DNA of 64,000 bases from Trueperaceae bacterium (lineage in GTDB: Bacteria > Deinococcota > Deinococci > Deinococcales > Trueperaceae). Shown piece after piece: positions 1 through 11,662 of the stretch. The notes under the pieces were generated by a model. It had not been told where the DNA came from and searched no databases. It was given only the letters and a program-made list of their open reading frames with translations. Position numbers and translations under genes: made by a program. Within the stretch, counting starts at the first letter, position 1; every line of letters begins with the position of its first letter. Where the stretch lies: assembly GCA_965213705.1 (NCBI GenBank), contig OZ243913.1, forward strand, positions 2,784,001 to 2,848,000, read 5' to 3'.

Positions 1-597
1 CAGTTCGTCTTCGATGGCGTCGATGTCGTCCTCGAAACCCTCGAGCAGCGTAAAGTACGTGTCCACTATCACGTCGACGAGCGAGTAAGCCAGGTAGTCC
101 GCGCCCTGTTTGCACACCCTCCCCACGCCCTTGCGGATGCGTTCACGCACGGGTTCGAACACGTCGCCGACGGTTTCTTGAAAGGTCAGTACAAAGTTCG
201 CGCCGAGCACGAGGCTCAGTTGCTCGTTGTTCACCTCGCCTTGGGCGTTCAAACTGAGCATCCGCAAGACGATGTAAATGTAGTCGTCGTAATACTCGAC
301 CTTGGGGCGCTGCTCGGTGTGGACAACGTCCTCCAACACGAGCGGGTGCAAGCCGAACGCCTCGCCGAGTTTGCTGATGAGCGCGGTGTCGTGCAGGCCG
401 TCCACGTTGAGCCAGGTCACTTTTTCAGGCGTGAGTTTGGCGAGGGCGGTCTCGAGCCCCACACCGACATCCTCGACGAACCCATTCCGGTCGTACTGAA
501 TCAAGTCCAAATTCACGTGTTCGACTTTGCGCTCGCCCGTGTAAACCACGCTGCCGGGCAGCATCCCGGCGCGGCTCGTCCTCGTTGGAAGGGTCAT
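1..597 (-). CDS. corA: Magnesium/cobalt transporter CorA (5' part; runs off window start)
   Basis: Manual translation from ATG at 597: MTLPTRTSRAGMLPGSVVYTGERK...TWLNVDGLHD...FGLHPLVLEDVVHTEQRPKVE...EQLSLVLG...GADYLAYSLVDVIVDTYF, classic CorA N-terminal motifs; GGAGG RBS upstream. Confidence 0.93.
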   Translation of the reverse strand, partial: MTLPTRTSRAGMLPGSVVYTGERKVEHVNLDLIQYDRNGFVEDVGVGLETALAKLTPEKVTWLNVDGLHDTALISKLGEAFGLHPLVLEDVVHTEQRPKVEYYDDYIYIVLRMLSLNAQGEVNNEQLSLVLGANFVLTFQETVGDVFEPVRERIRKGVGRVCKQGADYLAYSLVDVIVDTYFTLLEGFEDDIDAIEDEL

Positions 598-717
598 GCC
601 GTCCTCCTCGTCATGCGTCGAGTTTATGTAAAGAGAAGCTGAATTGAACACTTAAAAAAGCACACTCGTGACTGAGGTTGTTATGGCCCGCATAAACCAG
701 ATTCCGCCGGCTAGAGA

Positions 718-866
718 GGCCACCTCCGCTGGAATGGGAGGTAGGGTCAAAACCCGTTGGCCTCACCTGAGCGCGGAAAGGTTGAAAGCGAGTTGACCTA
801 CAAAGCTTTTGGCTTAGCTTTTCGCTCCCCTTTTAGGAAAGCTGGCGCGTAGCGACTGAGGGGTCT
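718..866. repeat. Two REP-like palindromic elements (718-766 and 825-866)
   Basis: GGCCACCTCC..GGGAGGTAGGGTCAAAACC and CTCCCCTTTTAGGAAAGCTGGCGCGTAGCGACTGAGGGGTC; related copies at ~22087, ~41010 and ~57484. Confidence 0.55.
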
Positions 867-869
867 GCC

Positions 870-2081
870 CTATTCCATCAAGTGTCCGAGCTTGGCGGCT
901 TTGGTAGCTAAGTATTTTTCGTTATACGGGTTTTCGCCGGCGCGCAAAGGAACGCGCTCGAGAATTTCGATGCCGTACCCCTCCAACCCCGCCACCTTGC
1001 GCGGGTTGTTGGTCAAGAGGCGCAACTTTTTGACGCCCAAACTGTGCAAAATCTGCGCGCCGATGCCGTAGTCGCGCAGGTCGGCGGCGAAGCCGAGCTG
1101 TTCGTTCGCCTCGACCGTGTCCGCGCCCTCGTCTTGCAGGTGGTAGGCCCGGATTTTGTTCAGTAAACCGATGCCGCGCCCTTCTTGGCGCAGGTAAACA
1201 AGGAGGCCGCGCCCTTCGTCGGCGATGGCTTTCAGGGCGGCGTCGCGCTGAAAACCGCAGTCGCAACGCAGCGAGTGGAGCGCGTCGCCGGTCAAACACT
1301 CCGAGTGCATCCGCACCAGGACCGGCTCGCCGTCGGAAATGTCGCCCAGTGAGAGAGCGACGTGTTCGTTGTCGCTCAGGGTGTCGCGGTAGCCGTGAAC
1401 CGTGAATTCGGCCCAGGGGGTCGGCAACCGCGCCGACTCGACGTGCTCGACGAAGCCATCGCTTTGCAAACGGTAGGCGATGAGGTCGGCGATAGTGCCG
1501 ACTTTGAGACCGTGTTGACGGGCGAACTCGAGAATAGCCGGCAGCCTCATCATCGTGCCGTCGTCGTGGATGAGTTCGCTGATGGCCCCGACCGGCTTGA
1601 AGCCAGCCAGGCGCGACAGGTCGACCGCCGCCTCGGTGTGCCCGGCGCGGCGCAGCACGCCGCCGTCGCGAGCCCGCAGCGGAAACACGTGGCCGGGCCG
1701 CGCCAAGTCGGCCGCGGTCACGCCGTCCTTGACCGTCGCCAAAATCGTCGTCGCGCGGTCTCGAGCGCTGATGCCGGTGTCGACGCCCTCTTTGGCCTCG
1801 ATGGACACGGTATAGGCCGTGCCGCGCCGCGCGGTGTTGTGCTGCACCATCGGCGGCAGCGCAAGGTGGTCGGCGAGCGCGTTCGGCATGGCGAGGCAGA
1901 TGACGCCGCCCGTGTAGCGAATCGTAAAGGCGATAAGTTCGGGCGTGACTTTCTCGGCCGGGATGATGAGGTCGCCCTCGTTCTCGCGCGCCTCGTCGTC
2001 GACGATGATGACGGGCTTTCCTGCCCGCAGGTCGGTTAGAAGTTCGGCGACCGTGGCGAGGGTTTGCGGTTCAGCGGACAT
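870..2081 (-). CDS. ribBA: Bifunctional DHBP synthase / GTP cyclohydrolase II
   Basis: [57 protein letters not shown] motifs; likely start MSAEP at 2081 overlapping the ribE stop. Confidence 0.97.
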   Translation of the reverse strand: MSAEPQTLATVAELLTDLRAGKPVIIVDDEARENEGDLIIPAEKVTPELIAFTIRYTGGVICLAMPNALADHLALPPMVQHNTARRGTAYTVSIEAKEGVDTGISARDRATTILATVKDGVTAADLARPGHVFPLRARDGGVLRRAGHTEAAVDLSRLAGFKPVGAISELIHDDGTMMRLPAILEFARQHGLKVGTIADLIAYRLQSDGFVEHVESARLPTPWAEFTVHGYRDTLSDNEHVALSLGDISDGEPVLVRMHSECLTGDALHSLRCDCGFQRDAALKAIADEGRGLLVYLRQEGRGIGLLNKIRAYHLQDEGADTVEANEQLGFAADLRDYGIGAQILHSLGVKKLRLLTNNPRKVAGLEGYGIEILERVPLRAGENPYNEKYLATKAAKLGHLME

Positions 2082-2721
2082 GTTCAATCTCCCCTGCCTC
2101 TTTCTGCAGCAACGTGAGGCGTTCGACGTACTTGGCGACGAGGTCGGCTTCCAAGTTGACGGTGTCGCCCGGTTGCAACTCACCCAGGGTCGTCACAGAA
2201 AGCGTGTGCGGGATGAGCCAGAGGGTGAACTCTTCGGCGGCGAGCTTCGGGCTCGAGCCCCCCGGCCCGCCCACGTCGACGAGGGTCAAACTCACGCCGT
2301 CCACGGTGATGCTGCCCTTGGGGATGAGGTACTTGGCGATGTTGGGGTCGGCCCGAACCGTCATAATATAAGCGCCCGGCTCCGCCGTGACCGCCAAAAC
2401 TGTCCCTGTCGCCTCGACGTGGCCGCTGACGATGTGGCCGCCCAAACGGTCGCTCAAACGCATCGCCCGCTCCAAGTTGACGTTTTTTTCCTGTTCCCAG
2501 CGCGGCGCGGTTTTTTGAACAGTTTCTTTGGACAGCTCGACCTCGAAACCCTTTTCGCTTTTGGTGACGGCGGTCAAACAGCAGCCGCTCACCGCGACGG
2601 AATCGCCGATTTTCAAACCTTCCAAGACCGTCTTCGCGCCAACTGTCAGCCGCAGGTCGCCGCCCGTGTCCGTAACCTTCAAAATTTTGCCGACCTCTTC
2701 GACGATGCCGGTGAACATCAC
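2071..2721 (-). CDS. ribE: Riboflavin synthase (alpha type)
   Basis: MFTGIVEE N-terminus, [41 protein letters not shown]. Confidence 0.97.
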   Translation of the reverse strand: MMFTGIVEEVGKILKVTDTGGDLRLTVGAKTVLEGLKIGDSVAVSGCCLTAVTKSEKGFEVELSKETVQKTAPRWEQEKNVNLERAMRLSDRLGGHIVSGHVEATGTVLAVTAEPGAYIMTVRADPNIAKYLIPKGSITVDGVSLTLVDVGGPGGSSPKLAAEEFTLWLIPHTLSVTTLGELQPGDTVNLEADLVAKYVERLTLLQKEAGEIEHVR

Positions 2722-3911
2722 GCTACCTCCGCAGCGTCGTTGGGGGTGTTGTCGGTGTTCTCAACGTCTGGGTAACGGACGCGCCCGGTGATGAGGAGGT
2801 CGTCGTCCAGCTTTTCGGTCTGTATTTCCAAAAGGGTGATGGCCTCGGCCATGCTGGCGACGCCCAGGCCGCCCAAGGGGCTCGAGCCCCCCCCGCCGAG
2901 CAGCTTCGGCCCGATGAACCAGGCAACCCTGTCGACCGCCTGGGCTTCAAAAAAGGCCCAGGCGAGCGTGCCGCCGCCCTCCAACAAAAGGCTGCCGACT
3001 TCTCTGTTCCTGAGGTCTTGCAAGGCCGCGCCGACCTCGACGCGCTCGCGCCGGGTGGGCAGCGTGACGACAACTGCGCCCGCGTCTTTCAGGGTCTGCA
3101 CCCTCGCTTCGGAGGCTTTTTCGGTGGTGTAGACGACGACGTTGGGCGCGGCACCTGTTCCGTCAGGCTCGAACAGCCTGGCCGTCGGCGGCGTGCGCGC
3201 GACCGAGTCGAAGACGACCTTGACGGGGCTGCGGCCGGTTGCCAAGCGGCTTGTCAGCAACGGGTCGTCGAGGAGCACGGTGTTGACGCCGACCGCAACG
3301 GCGTCCATTTCGCTACGCCAGACGTGGACGAGTTCCCTCGCCCGCTCCCCGGTAATCCAGCGCGACTGACCGGTGCGGGTGGCGAGTTTGCCGTCTAAGG
3401 TCATCGCGGTTTTGTAGAGGACAGCAGGGCGGTTTGGGGAGGCTTCGGCTTCTTCGGTTTCGAACTTGGCCCGGAAGGCTTTGTTTTGCCGGTTCGCCTC
3501 CGCCTCCAGCACCCCGGTCACGACCTCCACGCCCGCCGCCTGCAGTCGTTTCGCGCCGCCCGCGGCTTGCGGGTTCGGGTCGAGCGCGGCGATGACGACG
3601 CGCCTGACCCCCGCTTTGACGAGCGCGTCCACACAGGGCGGCGTGCGGCCCGTGTGGTTGCAGGGTTCTAAAGTCACGTACAGGGTCGCGCCACGCGCCG
3701 CTTCGCCCGCGGCGCGCAGCGCGTAAACTTCGGCGTGCGGCTCGCCCGCGCGCTCGTGCCAGCCCTCACCGACGATTTCGTCGTCTTTCACCACGACGCA
3801 GCCGACCAGCGGATTCGGGGCGACGGTTCCGCGGCCGCGCTCGGCCAGCTCTACGGCACGCGCCATGTAACGTTCGTGCTCGGCGACGGGCTCGCCTCCG
3901 CCCGCGCTCAC
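2718..3911 (-). CDS. ribD: Riboflavin biosynthesis deaminase/reductase
   Basis: PNPLVGCV, HAE, TLEPCNHTGRTPPC zinc motif, TLDGK, DDPLLT, EGGG. Confidence 0.97.
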   Translation of the reverse strand: MSAGGGEPVAEHERYMARAVELAERGRGTVAPNPLVGCVVVKDDEIVGEGWHERAGEPHAEVYALRAAGEAARGATLYVTLEPCNHTGRTPPCVDALVKAGVRRVVIAALDPNPQAAGGAKRLQAAGVEVVTGVLEAEANRQNKAFRAKFETEEAEASPNRPAVLYKTAMTLDGKLATRTGQSRWITGERARELVHVWRSEMDAVAVGVNTVLLDDPLLTSRLATGRSPVKVVFDSVARTPPTARLFEPDGTGAAPNVVVYTTEKASEARVQTLKDAGAVVVTLPTRRERVEVGAALQDLRNREVGSLLLEGGGTLAWAFFEAQAVDRVAWFIGPKLLGGGGSSPLGGLGVASMAEAITLLEIQTEKLDDDLLITGRVRYPDVENTDNTPNDAAEVA

Positions 3912-3990
3912 GCGCTGACCTCACGGTTGTCCTGGACAAAAAAATGATGCACCCTGAATCCACGGCCGTGTCGACGGCCGCAGCTACCCT

Positions 3991-4132
3991 CCTTCTTTCA
4001 TCCGGACTGTCACCGTCGGTACCGGCTTCGCACCGGTTCGGGCGCTGGGTTTGTGACCCAGGCTTCGCGGACTCGGTTCAAGCTAGAACCCCACCGCCGG
4101 TCGGGAATTGCACCCTGCCCTGAAGGACTGTT
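3991..4132 (-). ncRNA. FMN riboswitch (RFN element)
   Basis: Minus strand reads TCTTCAGGGCAGGGTG-like start (CCTTCAGGGCAGGGTGCAATTCCCGACCGGCGGT)...AGTCCGCGA...GAACCGGTGCGAAGCCGGTACCGACGGTGACAGTCCGGATGAAAGAAGG, directly upstream of ribD. Confidence 0.96.
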
Positions 4133-4276
4133 TTGTGAACGAGACGTGTCTCGCTTTGCACCAGTATACAAAGTGTAGCGCGCTCGGCTGTAAGCCACGC
4201 AGCAGCACTTGAAACCGGTGGTGGAAAACCCTCGAGTTCGTTTTTTGTGACTGTGAACGGCAAGGCTTTTCTCGCT

Positions 4277-6016
4277 TCAGGCGCGGTGACTCCGCTTTGT
4301 TGGACTTGAGCCCTCGGCCCTGACCGGTTTGCGCGGGCGCGTCCTGGCGATGGCGACGCTCAAGACCAGCACCGGCAGCAGCCCGACCAGCACGATTGCC
4401 AGCGCGCCCCCCGAGGCCTCGAGCAGCCGCTCGTCCGAGGCCAGGCGGTACACGCGCACGGCGAGCGTGTCCAGGTTGAAAGGCCGCACGATGAGCGTCG
4501 CGGGAAGTTCTTTAATCACGTCGACGAAGACAAGCAGAGCCGCGGTGAGCAGGCTGCCGCGCAGCAGCGGTACGTGAACTTTGAACAGCCGCGCTACCGA
4601 ACGCTGCCCCAGGGTCAGGGCGGCGTCGTCCATCGTTTTGGTCACCCGGTTCAGACCGGTCTCCAAGGTGTTGAACGACGCGGTTAAAAAGCGCACCAGG
4701 TATGCGAAGACGAGACCCACAAACGTCCCGCTCAACAGCAAACCGGTCGACACGCCGAAAGTGGCGCGCATAAAGCCGTCGACGCCGTTGTCCGCCCACC
4801 CGAAACTCATCAAGATGCTTACCGCGATGACCGAGCCCGGCACCGCGTACCCTATCGCCGCGACGCGGGTCGCCAAGCGGTTGAGAAAGGTCGGGCGGAT
4901 GCGCACGCCGTAGGCCAGGACGAGCCCGACAACGACGGCCAGCACTGCGGCAGCGACGGCGAGCGTCAGGCTGTTGCGCGCGTAGTTCCAAAACTGCGGA
5001 TTAAAAGCGCGCTGCGCGTGGTTCAGGGTTAGGTTGGCGAGCAACCAGGCGGGCAGCAAAAAACCGACAAACACCGGCAAAAAACAGGCGACGAAAGCGA
5101 GTGCCGCGCGACCCCCGCGGAGCGGATAGCCGAGCAGCGCGCCGTGCCGGGTAGAACTGCTCGAGTGCCGCCATCTGCGGCGCGACCCCCGCTCCACGGC
5201 CACCAGCGCCAGCACGAACACCAGCAGCCACGCCGCCAGTTGCACCGCCGCCAAGTGTTCGCCCAAGCCGAACCAGGTGCGGTAAATCCCGGTCGTGAAG
5301 GTCTGAATGCCAAAGTAGTCGACCGTGCCGAAGTCGGACAGGGTTTCCATGAGCGCCAGACTTACCCCGGCGACGATGGCGGGCCGCGCCAGCGGCAGCG
5401 ACAACCGGAAAAAACTCGCCCAGGGGCTGCAGCGCAGGCACTGCGTAGCTTCCAACATCGTCGTGGACTGTTCCAAAAACGCGGTTCTAGCGAGGAGGTA
5501 CACGTACGGGTAGAGCGCCAGCGTCAGCAAGACGACCGCGCCTCCCAGACTCCTGATGTTCGGAAACCAGTAGTCGCGCGCCCCCCAGCCGGTCAGGTCG
5601 CGCAAAAAACTCTGCAGCGGCCCCGAAAACTGCAAAAAGTCGGTGTAGGTGTAGGCCAAAATATAGGCCGGAATCGCCATCGGCAAGAGCAGCGCCCACT
5701 CGAGCACGCGCCGTCCCGAAAACCGGCACATCGTCGTGAGCCAAGCCGTGCCCACGCCGACCAACAGCGTGCCGACCCCGACGCCGAGCACCAGCCACAG
5801 CGAGTTTGCCACGTACCGGGGCAGCACCGTCGAACTGAGGTGCCGCCACACCTCACCGGTCGGGACGGCCAAACTGCCCAGCACCACCAAGACGGGGGCG
5901 GCGACAAGCGCGGTCAGCGCCAGAATCGCCACCGTCCAACCGCTTAAGCGCAAGCCCCCACCCCGCCGCTGGACGGGGCGACGGGGCAGGGGGCGGGCGC
6001 GGGCGAGCTTGTTCAC
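4277..6016 (-). CDS. Fe3+ ABC transporter permease (FbpB/SfuB/FutB family)
   Basis: Duplicated permease halves, ALMETLSDFGTV and DVIKELPATL motifs; follows the iron-binding protein gene. Confidence 0.92.
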   Translation of the reverse strand: MNKLARARPLPRRPVQRRGGGLRLSGWTVAILALTALVAAPVLVVLGSLAVPTGEVWRHLSSTVLPRYVANSLWLVLGVGVGTLLVGVGTAWLTTMCRFSGRRVLEWALLLPMAIPAYILAYTYTDFLQFSGPLQSFLRDLTGWGARDYWFPNIRSLGGAVVLLTLALYPYVYLLARTAFLEQSTTMLEATQCLRCSPWASFFRLSLPLARPAIVAGVSLALMETLSDFGTVDYFGIQTFTTGIYRTWFGLGEHLAAVQLAAWLLVFVLALVAVERGSRRRWRHSSSSTRHGALLGYPLRGGRAALAFVACFLPVFVGFLLPAWLLANLTLNHAQRAFNPQFWNYARNSLTLAVAAAVLAVVVGLVLAYGVRIRPTFLNRLATRVAAIGYAVPGSVIAVSILMSFGWADNGVDGFMRATFGVSTGLLLSGTFVGLVFAYLVRFLTASFNTLETGLNRVTKTMDDAALTLGQRSVARLFKVHVPLLRGSLLTAALLVFVDVIKELPATLIVRPFNLDTLAVRVYRLASDERLLEASGGALAIVLVGLLPVLVLSVAIARTRPRKPVRAEGSSPTKRSHRA

Positions 6017-6033
6017 GTCAGCCGGGCCCGCGC

Positions 6034-7068
6034 TTAGCGCCAGCCCGCCCGGTCCATAATTCGCACCGCTTCGGGGTTGTTTTCGCCCAACACGGCGACG
6101 TTCAAGGTGTCTTCTTTGAAGTCGCCGAAGCCCTGGACGACCGCCGCAACGGGCACACCCGCAGCGACCGGGTACTCGAAGTTGCCCTCGGCAAAGATGT
6201 CTTGCGCCTCGGCAGTGGCGAGGAATTCTACAAAGCGCACGGCGTTCTCGGCGTGCGGCGCGTTCGCCAGCACGGCCGCCCCGCTGATGTTGACGTGGGT
6301 GCCTCGGCCCCCTTGGTTGGGGAAAAAGAGGCCCACGCGTGCCGCGATTTCGGTTTGGTCTTCACCGACCTGGTCATCGTCGTCTTCGGGACCCGCCGCG
6401 GCGACCATGCGGGCGTAATAGTAGTGGTTGACGATTGCCACGTCGCACTCGCCCGCCGCGACGGCCTCAATCTGGTCGGTGTCACCGCCTTGGGGGGGCC
6501 GCGCGAAGTTCGCGACCAGGCCTTCCGCCCAAGTTTCAGCCGCCTCGGCCCCGTCGGCCGCGATGATAGACGCCAACAGCGACTGGTTGTAGACGTTGCT
6601 CGAGCTGCGCACGCACACCCGGCCCCGCCACTCGGGGTCGGCCAAACTTTCGTAAGTCGAAAGTTCCGCGGGGTCGACGGTGTCTTTGTTGTAAACGATG
6701 ACGCGGGCGCGCTTGGTGAGGCCGAACCACTCCCCGCCGGGTTGGCGCAGGTTCTCGGGGACGGCTTGGGTGAGCGCCGCAGAGTCAACGCTTTGCAGCA
6801 AACCGTCCTCCTCGGCGCGCCACAAGCGCCCGGCGTCGGTGGTGATGAGGACGTCGGCGGGGCTGTTGACGCCCTCGCTGCGGATGCGTTCGATAAGTTC
6901 GTCGGCGTCGCCCTCTATCAAGTTGACCTCGATGCCCGTCTCTAGCGTGAAGGTGTTGAACAGCTCCACGTCGGTGTCGTAGTGGCGGGCCGAGTAAACA
7001 TTGACGGTTTCGCTTTGTGCAAAGGCGAGTCCGGTGAGCAGCGTTAGTGCGACGGCGAAGTGCTTCAC
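6034..7068 (-). CDS. Fe3+ ABC transporter substrate-binding protein (FbpA/FutA family)
   Basis: Signal peptide, VNVYSARHY, EGVNSPADVLITTDAGRL, NVYNQSL, NHYY, GTHVNISG; GTG at 7068 with AAAGGA RBS. Confidence 0.93.
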   Translation of the reverse strand: MKHFAVALTLLTGLAFAQSETVNVYSARHYDTDVELFNTFTLETGIEVNLIEGDADELIERIRSEGVNSPADVLITTDAGRLWRAEEDGLLQSVDSAALTQAVPENLRQPGGEWFGLTKRARVIVYNKDTVDPAELSTYESLADPEWRGRVCVRSSSNVYNQSLLASIIAADGAEAAETWAEGLVANFARPPQGGDTDQIEAVAAGECDVAIVNHYYYARMVAAAGPEDDDDQVGEDQTEIAARVGLFFPNQGGRGTHVNISGAAVLANAPHAENAVRFVEFLATAEAQDIFAEGNFEYPVAAGVPVAAVVQGFGDFKEDTLNVAVLGENNPEAVRIMDRAGWR

Positions 7069-7158
7069 GAGGTTTCCTTTCAAACTGAGACGCGCCAAGT
7101 CTCGGTGGTGGGGTTAAGTGCAATTCCACGCGTTCAACTTGGAATTGGCGACCCGCAT

Positions 7159-7195
7159 CATGGCAGGTTTAATCCCGAGTGTCAAGGTCGGGATT
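7159..7195 (-). promoter_or_regulatory. Sigma70-type promoter of the iron ABC operon with palindromic operator over the -35
   Basis: Minus strand TTGACA-17 nt-CATGAT; inverted repeat AATCCCGA-N9-TCGGGATT (7171-7195) brackets the -35. Confidence 0.65.
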
Positions 7196-7248
7196 GACAG
7201 TTTATGCGTCCAGCACATTGTTTCGGAATCATTCCGAGTTTGCAGCAC

Positions 7249-7316
7249 AGTAGCAAGTACCGAGTACCGAGTGCCGAGTAGAAAGTGTTTTTACTCGGCA
7301 CTCAGTCCTTGGTCCT
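7249..7316. repeat. Heptamer (AGTACCG-type) tandem repeats in inverted arrangement
   Basis: AGTAGCA AGTACCG AGTACCG AGTGCCG AGTA ... TACT CGGCACT CAGTCCT TGGTCCT. Confidence 0.75.
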
Positions 7317-7357
7317 TTTCGCTTTTCCTTGGGTATGATTATGACAAGGGAGAGCCT

Positions 7358-8626
7358 ATGCTTAAAGACACGTCTCCAAAAGAAGTTGAGTTGTCGTTCG
7401 AGGACAAGCTCTACGCCTTCGCCGACCTTGTGGTCCGCGTCGGCCTCAACTTGCAAAGGGGCCAACAACTCATAGTTCGGGCCGCCGTAGAAACCGCCCC
7501 CTTTACTCGCCAAGTCGTCGAGACGGCTTACCGGGCGGGCGCGCCCTTTGTCAACGTGCTGTGGAACGACGACGCGGTGACGCTGGCGCGGTTTAAGCAC
7601 GCCCCCAAGGACTCGTTCGAGCTTTTTCCCGAGTGGACGCGCGACGCGCTGCTCGCCGCCGCCGCGCGGGGCGACGCCGTGCTGACTATCTACGCCGCCG
7701 ACCCCGAACTCTTAAAAGACCAAGACCCCGAAAACGTCGCCACCGTCCAGCGCGTCACCCAGACCGAGATGCGGCCCTTTACCGAGCACATCATGAACAG
7801 CGACGTGAATTGGTGCATCGTCAGCGTGCCGATTCCGAGTTGGGCGGCCAAAGTTTTTCCGGACGCGACGCCCGAAGTCGCCGAGCGCAAACTTTGGAAT
7901 GCAATCTTTACAACCGTGCGCGCCGACCGGGCGGACCCGGTAGCCGCGTGGCAAACCCACCTGGCAAATTTGGAAGCGCGGCGCACCTACCTCACCGACA
8001 AGCAGTACCGCGCGCTCCACTACCGCGCGCCGGGCACCGACCTCACGGTGGGTCTGGCCGACGGCCACCTGTGGCTCGGCGGCACGCAGCCGACCAAGGA
8101 CGGCGTCGTTTACGTCGCCAACCTGCCGACCGAAGAGGTGTTCACCATGCCGCACCGGGGGCGTGTGGACGGCACGGTGCGCAACACCTTGCCGCTGAGC
8201 TATGCGGGCAACCTCATCGACGGGTTCGAACTCGTGTTCAAAGACGGTGAAGTCGTGGACTACCGCGCCGAGCGGGGCGCGGAGGTGTTGGAGCGTTTGC
8301 TGGACACCGACGAAGGCGCGCGCCGTTTGGGCGAGGTCGCGCTCGTCCCGCACTCGAGCCCGATTTCCCTGTCCCATATCCTCTACTACAACACCCTGTT
8401 CGACGAAAACGCCTCGTCGCACTTAGCCTTGGGCCGCGCTTACCGCTTCAACGTCGCGGGCGGCACCGAAATGTCGGAAGCGGAAATCACGGCAGCCGGG
8501 GCCAACGACAGCCTCACCCACGTCGACTTTATGGTCGGCTCTGAAAACATGGACATCGACGGTATAACGAGCCGAGGCGAGCGCGAGCCCGTCATGCGCG
8601 GCGGCGAATGGGCGTTTGCGGTCTAA
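7358..8626 (+). CDS. Aminopeptidase, M29 family (AmpS/aminopeptidase T)
   Basis: ANLPTEEVFT, ARRLGEVALV, YNTLFDENASSHLALG, NDSLTHVDFMVG; ATG 7358 after GGGAG. Confidence 0.95.
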   Translation: MLKDTSPKEVELSFEDKLYAFADLVVRVGLNLQRGQQLIVRAAVETAPFTRQVVETAYRAGAPFVNVLWNDDAVTLARFKHAPKDSFELFPEWTRDALLAAAARGDAVLTIYAADPELLKDQDPENVATVQRVTQTEMRPFTEHIMNSDVNWCIVSVPIPSWAAKVFPDATPEVAERKLWNAIFTTVRADRADPVAAWQTHLANLEARRTYLTDKQYRALHYRAPGTDLTVGLADGHLWLGGTQPTKDGVVYVANLPTEEVFTMPHRGRVDGTVRNTLPLSYAGNLIDGFELVFKDGEVVDYRAERGAEVLERLLDTDEGARRLGEVALVPHSSPISLSHILYYNTLFDENASSHLALGRAYRFNVAGGTEMSEAEITAAGANDSLTHVDFMVGSENMDIDGITSRGEREPVMRGGEWAFAV

Positions 8627-8705
8627 AGAGAGTACCGAGGACCGAGTTGAAAGTACCGAGTGAAAAATCCACTTTCAACTCGGTCCTCAGGACTCGGTAC
8701 TCTCT
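8627..8705. repeat. Heptamer-repeat hairpin, possibly acting as terminator
   Basis: AGAGAGTACCGAGGACCGAGTTGAAAGT...ACTTTCAACTCGGTCCTCAGGACTCGGTACTCTCT; same unit as 7249-7316. Confidence 0.75.
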
Positions 8706-8760
8706 TCAAACAACCTAAACCTCAACTCGAAAGTGAGACAATAGACGCTGTGATGACGCG

Positions 8761-10923
<2,163 letters not shown>

Positions 10924-10989
10924 GGTGAAAGCACAAACGACCGTTGAGTTTCAGGAAGATTGTGATAACGTTTGTGCTAACATGCGCTT

Positions 10990-11223
10990 ATGAACAACGT
11001 CGTAAAAACCAAACTTCGCGCCGTTGGGAACTCGACAGGGATTGTCCTCAGCAAAGAAGTTCTGTCCGACATGGCGCTAAAACAGGGCGACGAAGTGTTT
11101 TTGGTCAAGACCGAAGACGGCTACAAAATTACGCCCTACGATGCACAATTCGAGCAGCAGATGAAGGCGGCCGAGCAGGGGATGCAGCAGTACCGCAACG
11201 CGCTGAGAGAACTGGCTAAGTAA
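10990..11223 (+). CDS. AbrB/MazE-family antitoxin
   Basis: KLRAVGNSTGIVLSKE swapped-hairpin motif; YRNALRELAK C-terminus typical of Doc partners. Confidence 0.9.
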   Translation: MNNVVKTKLRAVGNSTGIVLSKEVLSDMALKQGDEVFLVKTEDGYKITPYDAQFEQQMKAAEQGMQQYRNALRELAK

Positions 11224-11227
11224 GCCT

Positions 11228-11620
11228 GTGGCAACGCCGGAGCCTCAGTGGCTGCTGCCGAACGTCGTCCTCGCCGCGCACGACGCGCAACTGGCGGAGC
11301 ACGGTGGACTGGCGGGTATCAGGGACGCGGGCGCGCTGGACTCGGCACTCGCTCGTCCTGAGAATCACTACCACTACGGCGAGCGCAACCTGTTCATGCT
11401 GGCGACGATGTACGCGAGCGGCATCGTCAAAAATCATCCTTTTGCAGACGGTAACAAGCGCACGGGTTTTTTGGCGGCGTTCATCTTTTTGACCGTCAAC
11501 GGCTACGCGCTGCAAGCCCCTGAAGCTGAGGCAGTCGTGATGACGCAGGGTCTGGCCTCGAGCGAAATCGACGAGCCGGGGTTTGCAAAGTGGCTCGAGG
11601 ACAACTCAGTGGCCGTGTGA
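11228..11620 (+). CDS. Death-on-curing (Doc/Fic) toxin
   Basis: HGGLAGIRDAGALDSALARP and HPFADGNKRT Fic/Doc motif. Confidence 0.93.
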   Translation: MATPEPQWLLPNVVLAAHDAQLAEHGGLAGIRDAGALDSALARPENHYHYGERNLFMLATMYASGIVKNHPFADGNKRTGFLAAFIFLTVNGYALQAPEAEAVVMTQGLASSEIDEPGFAKWLEDNSVAV

Positions 11621-11662
11621 GCGTACTGTAAGCTTCAACTTTAGAGCTATACTCGACACCCT

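Noticed and set aside
600..870. M-box (ykoK) Mg2+ riboswitch upstream of corA
   Set aside because: Only AGGTGAGGC matches; the other conserved M-box blocks were not found, and the region is better explained by REP-like repeats
7249..8705. CRISPR array
   Set aside because: Repeats are 7-mers without unique spacers and there are no cas genes; no CRISPR array seen anywhere in the window
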